Source: an uncultured Alkalilimnicola sp. (GTDB lineage Bacteria > Pseudomonadota > Gammaproteobacteria > Nitrococcales > AK92). From it: a stretch of 24,000 nucleotides of DNA. The position numbers and the translations under genes are program-made. Positions 17,318 to 24,000 of this stretch are shown one piece after another. The DNA is taken from the NCBI GenBank assembly GCA_964460035.1, contig CAYWPG010000001.1:214026-238025 (forward strand), given 5' to 3'. Under the pieces are notes generated by a model. The model was not told the DNA's origin. It worked only from the letters and a program-made list of their open reading frames with translations, and ran no database searches. Numbering within the stretch: position 1 is the first letter of the stretch; each line of letters begins with the position of its first letter.

Positions 17318-18900
17318 GCTGCTGCCTCCTCGCTAGCACCGGCTGTATCGGCAACCCGCTCTTTGGCCGACTGCTTGGCGGCGGTGCGTGTTGCGGTGCG
17401 CCCGCTGCGGGAGCGGCGCGAGCGAGTGCCTTCCGTTCCAGCCGAGGCAGTTTCCTTGGGAACCGCTCGCGCGGCCGCATCCCGCCGTTCCGTCAGCTGC
17501 CGGTACTCCTGTGTGGAGTCGGCGATGCAGCGGATGTAGAGATCGATATCCGGCACAACTTGGCGATCTGCAAGTATGCCTAGGCTGATGTTGTCGTAAA
17601 TCCCCGTGATGCCGTGGGTGATGGCGACCCCATCCGAGACGGGTACCAGAGGGAAGACCGAAGAGATTTTGGCGCCTGCGAAGTACTTGGGCTGCAGCCC
17701 AGGAATGCCGGGCACGTTGGTGATGACGGTGTTGATTAGGGGAACTCTGCTCAGCAGGCGCGTCTTCGAATTGGCCCAAGCGAGCAGGGCGCGCACATAC
17801 GCTGGGAGCATCTCGCCGGCGGCATCGCCCAGATCGCACAATACTTCCTTCGCCAGCGGCACGCCTTGTGAGGTACGCCGTTGAACCGCAGCCAAGCGCT
17901 GCACCGGATCGGCGATGTCGGTACCGATGGGGATATACATCGCGGAGATCCGGTTGCCGCCTTCATGTCGGGAATCGTCGGGTCGCAGTGCGACAGGGCA
18001 CATCGCTATCAGCGAGGCGCGCTCCGGAAGGCAGGAGCGCTGGAGCAAATACCGGCGCATGCCGCCCGCTATGATAGCCACTATGACATCGTTGACCGTG
18101 GCGCCCGCGCATAGGGCTCGCATGCGCTTGAGCTCGGCGAGCGTCCACGTGTAGCCGTCGTAGACGCGGTGCCGGGTAACCGGGGCGTTGAAGATGGTCT
18201 TGGGGACGGTGAGCTGCTCCGGTCGCGCATCGCGATACAGTCGATTCAGCAGTTCCATGCTCTTGAGCGTGACTTCCATCCCGGCGCGCATGCCGCGCAG
18301 CGACTGCCCGAACAGCCGTGGCATAGTGCGTAACCACATCTCCGATAAGGTAGGAGCGCGCTCGACGTACTGCGTATGGTCGCGCCGCCCGTACTCGTGA
18401 TTGGGCGTGTCTTCCATGAGCGTCGTGCTCAGCTCCAGGCTGGACTTGCCGTCCACGTAGGCATGGTGAAAGCGAACCAGCACCGCGAAGCTGTTAGGCG
18501 GCACTCCTTCGATGTTGTTGACTCCGTCGATGATGTAGATTTCCCAGGGGGCACGCTCCATATCCAGCGTGCGTGACATGGTTCTGGCGGTAAACAGGCG
18601 CAACTGATGCCAATCTCCCGGTTGCGGCAGGCTGACATGGCGGACGTGATACTCCAGCTCGAAGTTCTCATCCTCCAGCCAATAGGGGTCGTCAAGCCGG
18701 AACGGTACGTGCTGCAGGCGGCGGCGGAATATGGAAGTGGTGCTCAAGCGGTCTTCGACGTACTGAAGAATGTCTTGATAGCGGACTATCCCGTTTGGAG
18801 CCGAGCTTTGATCGCAAAGCCATAGGCTTCCGATAATCATGGGTTGGTTTGGTGTTTCGAAGTAGAAAAAATTCGAGTCCAACGGGCTTAGTTGTTTCAT
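17314..18900 (-). CDS. Wax ester synthase / acyl-CoA:diacylglycerol acyltransferase (WS/DGAT) with a basic low-complexity C-terminal tail
   Basis: Catalytic HHxxxDG motif (FHHAYVDGKS, nt 18448-18468), the N-terminal LSPLDSNFFYFETPNQPM and the NVPGP-like NVPGIPG motif. The last roughly 58 aa are Arg/Ala/Thr/Ser-rich. Confidence 0.9.
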   Translation of the reverse strand: MKQLSPLDSNFFYFETPNQPMIIGSLWLCDQSSAPNGIVRYQDILQYVEDRLSTTSIFRRRLQHVPFRLDDPYWLEDENFELEYHVRHVSLPQPGDWHQLRLFTARTMSRTLDMERAPWEIYIIDGVNNIEGVPPNSFAVLVRFHHAYVDGKSSLELSTTLMEDTPNHEYGRRDHTQYVERAPTLSEMWLRTMPRLFGQSLRGMRAGMEVTLKSMELLNRLYRDARPEQLTVPKTIFNAPVTRHRVYDGYTWTLAELKRMRALCAGATVNDVIVAIIAGGMRRYLLQRSCLPERASLIAMCPVALRPDDSRHEGGNRISAMYIPIGTDIADPVQRLAAVQRRTSQGVPLAKEVLCDLGDAAGEMLPAYVRALLAWANSKTRLLSRVPLINTVITNVPGIPGLQPKYFAGAKISSVFPLVPVSDGVAITHGITGIYDNISLGILADRQVVPDIDLYIRCIADSTQEYRQLTERRDAAARAVPKETASAGTEGTRSRRSRSGRTATRTAAKQSAKERVADTAGASEEAAA

Positions 18901-18988
18901 TATTTAATAACACTCCCTATTAAACTGACTCGGTGTGGAGTCAGCAGGCTTTCCATAGCGCGAGCGGAGAATTATAAGTAAGGACGGA

Positions 18989-19008
18989 GGCCGGCCTATG
19001 GGCCGGCC
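18989..19008 (-). terminator. Putative terminator hairpin after the phasin gene
   Basis: ggccggcc tatg ggccggcc forms an 8-bp GC stem with a 4-nt loop, 21 nt after the phasin stop. The minus-strand sequence after it is moderately T-rich (ccttacttataatt). Confidence 0.5.
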
Positions 19009-19028
19009 ATTACCGAGGAATTGGATGC

Positions 19029-19388
19029 TCAGGCTGCCTTCTTGATTTTTGCAGCAGGTAGTTTCTGCTGGAAAATTTTCTGGGCATCGGCCGTATAGCT
19101 GGTGCTCATTTCCAGTAATGCCTGCAGGTCGTCCTGTAACTGCTTGCCAAGTTCCTCCGCCAGCTGCGGACGGCTGTTCAGATAGTCCTGGAGCCCGCTG
19201 ATGTCCTTGATATCCAGCAGGGCCCGCCACTGAGCGAAGCTGAGGCTCGTGTAGCTTTGCAGCTTTTCCAGATGAAAGTTGACCAGCTTCTCCAAGGCGC
19301 CAAGCGAGAGGCGGTTGAACTCTTGAGTGGACGATATGAAAGCTTCGAGGCCGGCGCTTCCCGATTTCCCTAGCAGTTTCTCCAGCAC
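19029..19388 (-). CDS. Phasin-family (granule-associated) protein
   Basis: 119 aa, helical and Leu/Gln/Glu-rich, with the Phasin_2-like pattern ..EFNRLSLGALEKLVNFHLEKLQSY... and a Lys-rich tail. The GTG start has AAGGAGAT about 6 nt upstream. Confidence 0.75.
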   Translation of the reverse strand: MLEKLLGKSGSAGLEAFISSTQEFNRLSLGALEKLVNFHLEKLQSYTSLSFAQWRALLDIKDISGLQDYLNSRPQLAEELGKQLQDDLQALLEMSTSYTADAQKIFQQKLPAAKIKKAA

Positions 19389-19440
19389 GACGATATCTCC
19401 TTATATTCGACGTATGTGTGGCTGTTCCTAGGCGATGTTA

Positions 19441-19470
19441 AGCATAGCAATGAGGATGTTGCGTCGCAAC
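19441..19470 (-). promoter_or_regulatory. Candidate sigma70 promoter of the phasin gene with an inverted repeat over the -35
   Basis: On the minus strand: -35 TTGCGA (19469-19464), a 17-nt spacer, then -10 TATGCT (19446-19441). The inverted repeat GTTGCG-N-CGCAAC (19458-19470) overlaps the -35. Confidence 0.4.
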
Positions 19471-19731
19471 AGCTTGGGATTTTTAAGTGGTTTATTCTAT
19501 AGATAGAGAATTAATTCTTAAGTTGTCTAAAGGTTGGGGTGCGAAAAGGCGCTTTATGCGAGTTATATCTTAATGTTGCTAGGGGGAATCGAGGAGGCTG
19601 CGCGAGGGGAGTTGAGCGCGCGTCGCGAAAGGCGACGGAATCGGGTTCTTCATGACGGATGGGCCGTTGCAGGGTGCACGGCCCGGAGTGTCCGTCGTAG
19701 CTTGGGAGCCGGTGAATCCGGTGAATAGGGC

Positions 19732-20163
19732 TTAGAGCGGTTCCAGGGCGTTGGCAATGCGTGCCGCAATTTGGCGAAGCTCATCCATATCCGCTTTCTC
19801 TCGGCCATGAAAGCGCATGCTCTTGCCGGTGATACGCGGTATCACGTGCATGTGGTAATGGAACACCGTCTGCCCGGCGGCGGCACGGTTGAACTGCGCG
19901 ATCGCGATGCCGTGGGCGTCGAACGCCTTCATCTGCGCGTGCGCGAGCCGCTGTGAGAACAGTACCACTGCCTGGAGGTGTTCCTGGGACATGGGGAAGA
20001 TGTCCGGGTAATGGGGTTTAGGAACGATGAGGGAATGCCCCTCGGTAGCCGGGAACAGATCCAGAAAGGTGATCAGTTGGTCGTCTTCGTACACGATTGC
20101 GGCGGGAGATTCGCCGGCGATGATTTGACAGAAAATGCAATCGGGGTCGTGTAGATGGCTCAT
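19732..20163 (-). CDS. HIT-family (histidine triad) nucleotide hydrolase/transferase
   Basis: CIFCQII....PA.IVYEDD and the histidine triad FHYHMHVIP. Confidence 0.9.
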   Translation of the reverse strand: MSHLHDPDCIFCQIIAGESPAAIVYEDDQLITFLDLFPATEGHSLIVPKPHYPDIFPMSQEHLQAVVLFSQRLAHAQMKAFDAHGIAIAQFNRAAAGQTVFHYHMHVIPRITGKSMRFHGREKADMDELRQIAARIANALEPL

Positions 20164-20258
20164 TGCTTTACCTGCAGCTCTGATATGTGAGTCCTCGACC
20201 AGGGTGGCGTGCGCTGGCCGGCGGCCGGGCGAGTCCTTGTCCGACAGCCGGCCGCTCG

Positions 20259-21455
20259 CTACAGCAGGGCGGGGTACAACAGCGCCTTGAGCTGGCCGCG
20301 GAAGTTAAAGGTCCCCGACGGGATCAGCTGCGTCATGAATATGACGATCAGCTCCTCGCTCGGGTCTATCCAGAATAACGTGGAAGCGAAACCGCCCCAC
20401 ATATACTCTCCGGCCGAGCCGATCACGCCGGTCTGCGTGGGCCCTTGAGCGACCGCCATGGTAAGTCCGAAGCCCATGCCGTCGAAACCCACTTCGCCGT
20501 ATCCGCCGGGCAGAGCGAAGCTGCGCATGTCGCCTCCGCCCGGAAAATGATTGGTGGTCATCAGCTCGACGGTTTTGCGGCCTAGGATGCGGACGCCTCC
20601 CAAGCTGCCGCCGTTTAACAGCATTTGCGTAAAACGCAGATAGTCCGCGCTGGTCGAAACCAAACCGCCGCCGCCCGAGAGGAATCTGCGCTGCTTGCGG
20701 TATGCGCTGTTTTCGGCGTTTTCTATCAGGCGCAGCGACTTGTCGGGGGCGCGGGTATAGCTGGCGGCGAAGCGGTCCAGCTTGTCATCCGGGATCCGGA
20801 AGGCGGTGTCGGTCATCCCCAGCGGGTCGAATATGGTCGACTGCAGGTATTCGTCGAAACGTTGGCCGGAGAGTATTTCTACCAGCCGCGCGCAAACGTC
20901 GGTGGAAATGCCGTAGAGCCAATGGTCGCCAGGGTGGAACTCCAGCGGAACCTCGGCGGCTTCCGCACACAGTCCCTCCAGATCGCGGTCCACGTCCAGG
21001 AAGCTAACGCCTGACGCCGGAATCATGAAACTGCGGCTCAAGCCGGAGGTGTGCATCAGCAAGTCGCGCACGATCATCGGGCGTTTGGGCTCGACCAGCC
21101 GTTCCGAGCCGTCGGGCGCACGCTCTAGCACCTTGAGGTTGCGCCAGGCCGGGATATAGCGGTGGACCGGATCGGTCAGTTGAAACTTGCCCCGCTCGTA
21201 GAGCGACATCAGGGCGACACCGGTGATGGGCTTGGTCATGGAGTAGATGCGCCAGATGGTATCGTCCATCACCGGTTTGTTCTGCTCGCGGTCCATCAGC
21301 CCCAGCGATTCGAACAGCCCTACCTGGCCTCTGCGGGCAACGACAATCTGGCAGCCGGCGATCTTGCCGGGGGCTACGTAGTTTTCCAAGAAGAACGGTG
21401 CGATGCGCTCGAGTTGGCGGGTATCGAGGCCCGCCGCTTCAGGATCGATGTGCAT
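20259..21455 (-). CDS. Serine hydrolase of the class-C beta-lactamase / EstB esterase fold
   Basis: The S-x-x-K nucleophile motif lies in IYSMTKPITG. Family-typical LLMHTSGL and WLYG.STD are present, and the length is 398 aa. GGGGGAGAG lies upstream of the ATG. Confidence 0.88.
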   Translation of the reverse strand: MHIDPEAAGLDTRQLERIAPFFLENYVAPGKIAGCQIVVARRGQVGLFESLGLMDREQNKPVMDDTIWRIYSMTKPITGVALMSLYERGKFQLTDPVHRYIPAWRNLKVLERAPDGSERLVEPKRPMIVRDLLMHTSGLSRSFMIPASGVSFLDVDRDLEGLCAEAAEVPLEFHPGDHWLYGISTDVCARLVEILSGQRFDEYLQSTIFDPLGMTDTAFRIPDDKLDRFAASYTRAPDKSLRLIENAENSAYRKQRRFLSGGGGLVSTSADYLRFTQMLLNGGSLGGVRILGRKTVELMTTNHFPGGGDMRSFALPGGYGEVGFDGMGFGLTMAVAQGPTQTGVIGSAGEYMWGGFASTLFWIDPSEELIVIFMTQLIPSGTFNFRGQLKALLYPALL

Positions 21456-21726
21456 GAACTCTCCCCCTGTTATGCCTCGTTGTTATGAAGCCCTCAGTTT
21501 GGCATTGCCAGTGCGCGCTGAACAGTGCTGTAGGGTGAACCGGCTGCCGGACGCTATGCGTTGCCTTGCAGGAGCGGGTACTGGCTCATCGCGTTCGCTC
21601 ATGATCAAGAGCGCGGCTAAGAGGACAGAGCCATGCTCGGATAGCGCGCTGTAGGTGCCTGTTGCAGGTGTGCGGACGAAATCCGCGCTGGATTGGGAGC
21701 GATGCCTCATGGCAGGCTGAGAGCGT

Positions 21727-21951
21727 ATGAGCGATTTTGTGAGCTACGATGGACTGCCAGACGTGCGCGACGGGCTTACGCGGCTGGAACGCGTGGTGCT
21801 GCATGTGTTGGCCGAGCTACAGCGGGAGCGAGCGGGCAGATCGGTTCCTACTGCCATGCTCTACGGGCGCGTGCTCGAATATGTGGATATAAGCGAGGCC
21901 GAGCTGCAGGCATGTTTGCGCCGCCTGAGTCGCGGCGCGGCCGGAGATTAA
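21727..21951 (+). CDS. Hypothetical 74-aa protein with a GyrA/ParC N-terminal-like motif
   Basis: [23 protein letters not shown] parallels E. coli GyrA [23 protein letters not shown]. Codon usage looks genomic, and a hairpin follows 17 nt after the stop. Confidence 0.5.
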   Translation: [74 protein letters not shown]

Positions 21952-21967
21952 GGGTGTTCGCGGCAGA

Positions 21968-21999
21968 GCAGGTGCACGCCTTGATGCGCATGCACCTGC
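21968..21999. terminator. Shared hairpin between the two convergent small ORFs
   Basis: 9-bp stem gcaggtgca / tgcacctgc plus 2 inner pairs. It lies between the stops at 21951 (+) and 22011 (-). Confidence 0.45.
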
Positions 22000-22010
22000 C
22001 TAGAGCGGCG

Positions 22011-22223
22011 TTACGCTCGTTCCGGTGTCGGGCCAGTCAGGCGTGCCGACAGCTCGCGAATTTCCGCCGCTAGCCAAGAGAAGAGGTCTCGGCGGCGTTC
22101 GAGTCGAACTGGAGCGCTCGCTCCGGTCTCGTTGGTAAGCAAGAGGGCGCGGTATTCGGCGTTCTCCGAGCGCTCGCGGTTACGTGCTTCGGCCGTCATG
22201 ATTGCTTCGACTGGGCTGAACAT
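22011..22223 (-). CDS. Hypothetical 70-aa protein
   Basis: The ATG at 22223 is preceded by AAGGAG (6 nt spacer). The ORF-track extension to 22352 runs into AT-rich, Lys/Asn/Phe-rich sequence and is unlikely to be translated. I recognise no family. Confidence 0.45.
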   Translation of the reverse strand: MFSPVEAIMTAEARNRERSENAEYRALLLTNETGASAPVRLERRRDLFSWLAAEIRELSARLTGPTPERA

Positions 22224-22603
22224 ACGACGCTCCTTGCTGTTATGTCGCGCTGCACAATTGTTATGTTCGATTTTAATCATCCCGTGCTGCGGTGCAACAT
22301 CGTTTTTCTTGAAGATGGGTAAGAAAAAGTTTTTCTGAGAGGTGGTTCGCAAGCAAAGAGACGGCTGTGAGCCTCCTAAGTTTAGGTGTAACTGGGATAT
22401 TTTTTGAGGTGTGTGAGTAGGCAGTTGGCTATGGCTAAGCTGATTTCATGCCTTCATAGCCGCCCGAAGGGGGGTAACCTGTGGGGAAGCCCGCTGCCGA
22501 TTTGGCCGCACCAGTCGGCAATCAGTTGCGGTCAGGTGTTTCGAGGAATGAGCCGGCAGCGCCGGTACCGGTTGCGGGGGTGGGCGAATACGGGACCGGG
22601 TGC

Positions 22604-22631
22604 GCAGGGACCCGCCCCGGCGGGCCCCTGC
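22604..22631 (-). terminator. GC-rich hairpin downstream of the SDR gene
   Basis: gcagggacccgc / gcgggcccctgc forms a 12-bp stem with one mismatch and a cccg loop, 16 nt after the SDR stop. No U-tract follows. Confidence 0.4.
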
Positions 22632-22646
22632 CATGCCGCACTTGCC

Positions 22647-23441
22647 TCAGCCGACCCGGGCGGATTGCCCGCCATCGACCGGGAGCACCACGCCGGTGAT
22701 GAATTTGGCTTCGTCGCTGGCTAGGAACACCGCCGCGTTGGCGACATCCCAGGCCGAGCCCATTCCGCCCAGCGGAACCCTGGCGTTACGCTCCGCAATG
22801 AGCTTTTCGCGCTCTTCGCCGCGCGCCACGTAGCCTTCGATCGCCATGGGCGTGTTCATCAGGCCCGGCATGATGACGTTGGCGCGTATGCCGAAGTGCG
22901 CGTTGCCTATCGCCAGCGTTTGGGTGTACGCGTTCACGGCGGCTTTCGAGCTCTTGTAGGCGATGATGGGTGCAGGCGCCACCGCCGCGAGCGAGGAGAT
23001 GTTCACGATTACACCGGAACGCTGCTCGCGCATGATGGGCAGCGTGTGCTTGCAGGTGAACATCACGGACTTGAGGTTGACGGCAAAAATGCGGTCCCAG
23101 GCCTCCTCGGTGATACTGGTCACCGAGGCATCGCCGGTGCCGATGCCGACGTTATTGTGCAGTATGTCGATGCGACCGAAGTGCTCGAGGCAGGCTTTCA
23201 CCAGCGCCTTGCAGTCGGCTTCCTGGCTGACATCGGCAGCGAAGCAGTAAGCTTCGCCCCCGCGCTCTTTGACCATCTGCAGCGTTTCCTCGGCGGACTC
23301 CAGCCGTTTGTCCACCAACAGCAGCCGTGCGCCTTCCTCGGCGAAGCGCAGCGCCGTGGCGCGGCCATTGCCTATGGTCTCCCCTGGCGTTTGACCCGCA
23401 CCGACAATTATCGCGACTTTGTCTTGTAAGCGGCCGGCCAT
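22647..23441 (-). CDS. Short-chain dehydrogenase/reductase (SDR) family oxidoreductase
   Basis: Cofactor-binding motif VAIIVGAGQ..G.GIG, plus NNVG and a catalytic S...YKSSK. The start overlaps the upstream stop by 1 nt (TGATG). Confidence 0.9.
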   Translation of the reverse strand: MAGRLQDKVAIIVGAGQTPGETIGNGRATALRFAEEGARLLLVDKRLESAEETLQMVKERGGEAYCFAADVSQEADCKALVKACLEHFGRIDILHNNVGIGTGDASVTSITEEAWDRIFAVNLKSVMFTCKHTLPIMREQRSGVIVNISSLAAVAPAPIIAYKSSKAAVNAYTQTLAIGNAHFGIRANVIMPGLMNTPMAIEGYVARGEEREKLIAERNARVPLGGMGSAWDVANAAVFLASDEAKFITGVVLPVDGGQSARVG

Positions 23442-24000
23442 CAGGTGGTCTCCTCGAATGTGGGCAGCCCTTCGTCGAGTTGAACGCCGAAGCTGTTCAA
23501 GGCCATCGATACCAGGTTGTACTGGCCGACGGTAAAGACGATGTCCATGAGCTGCTGCTGGTTGTAGTGCGCTTGCAGGGCCTGCCAGGTAGCGTCGCTA
23601 ATGAAAGCGTCGTTGCGCAGCTCGTCCACCGCCTGTAGTAGCAAGCGTTCGCGAGGATCGCTAAAGACGCTGGTGCTCGGGCCTTCGGCGATTCCCTTGA
23701 TCTCGGCATCGGTAAGACCGACCCGTTTGCCGATTACCACATGCTGTGCCCACTCGTATTCCGCGCGGCACAGGTAGCCGATGCGCAGGATCAGAATCTC
23801 CCGATCGCGCGGGCTCAGGGTGGATTTGCCTAGGATGTGATTCGCGAACACCAGCCAGCGGCGCAGCAGGCTGGGATGGTTCGCCATAGTCTTGAAAATG
23901 TTGGCGACGTTGCCTCTGGCCGCGAAGCGTTGCATCACTTCGGCGGCTTCTTCGTTCCACTGGTCGGCTTCCAGTGGCGCGATTCTGGGTTCTTTTAAAC
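23441..24000 (-). CDS. Carboxymuconolactone decarboxylase (CMD/AhpD-like) family protein; 5' end outside the window
   Basis: LSPRDREILILRIGYLCRAEYEWAQH is the CMD-family core. The frame stays open upstream of the ORF-track start to the window edge (..LKEPRIAPLEADQWNEEAAEV-MQRF..), so the true start is beyond 24000. Confidence 0.85.
   Translation of the reverse strand, partial: LKEPRIAPLEADQWNEEAAEVMQRFAARGNVANIFKTMANHPSLLRRWLVFANHILGKSTLSPRDREILILRIGYLCRAEYEWAQHVVIGKRVGLTDAEIKGIAEGPSTSVFSDPRERLLLQAVDELRNDAFISDATWQALQAHYNQQQLMDIVFTVGQYNLVSMALNSFGVQLDEGLPTFEETT

Noticed and set aside
21693-22073. 126-aa ORF overlapping the mini-GyrA ORF in another frame
   Set aside because: It is extremely Arg/Ala-rich, reads through the terminator hairpin and has no SD. 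The 74-aa frame has the conserved motif and better codon usage.
22404-22724. 106-aa plus-strand ORF
   Set aside because: It runs from non-coding DNA into the antisense of the SDR gene, has Pro/Gly/Arg-rich junk composition, and is spurious.
1-24000. Mobile element, prophage, integron or genomic-island boundaries
   Set aside because: I recognised no transposase, integrase, terminal inverted repeats, att-like direct repeats or tRNA anchor. The AT-rich patches coincide with promoters rather than insertion borders.

Overview
GC-rich (about 60-65% by eye) chromosomal segment with a proteobacterial, probably gammaproteobacterial, gene style. I cannot name the organism. I support about 27 protein-coding genes and found no rRNA, tRNA, CRISPR array, transposase, integrase or phage gene. 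Gene order, left to right:
- heme A synthase 3' end
- a purine salvage pair (NCS2/AzgA-type purine permease plus apt)
- a small secreted protein
- a 1203-aa 7TM-PAS(x4)-GGDEF-EAL c-di-GMP sensor
- Nudix hydrolase, BON-domain protein and a tandem DUF2845-like secreted protein
- a divergent cupin/HxlR pair and a divergent Crp-Fnr regulator/DUF2892 pair
- a cytochrome b562 plus membrane cytochrome b operon
- thiolase and a DUF945/YdgA-like protein
- a storage-lipid cluster: a WS/DGAT acyltransferase translationally coupled to a DUF3336-patatin lipase, with a phasin gene just upstream on the same strand
- HIT hydrolase and an EstB/class-C beta-lactamase-fold serine hydrolase
- two small convergent orphan ORFs
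- an SDR oxidoreductase coupled to a CMD/AhpD-like gene, which runs off the right edge

The items most worth a second look:
1. A degenerate 27-bp x8 tandem repeat (15542-15757) whose substitution pattern indicates + strand coding of a S-x-L-S-I-G-S-A-G nonapeptide-repeat protein. It abuts the lipid operon.
2. A 74-aa ORF carrying the GyrA/ParC N-terminal LPDVRDGL motif.
3. Paired CATAACA motifs placed just 5' of the Shine-Dalgarno of two separate minus-strand genes.
4. The WS/DGAT-lipase-phasin arrangement itself.

I see no recognisable defence or mobile system. All functional calls rest on motif recognition by eye, with no database searches.
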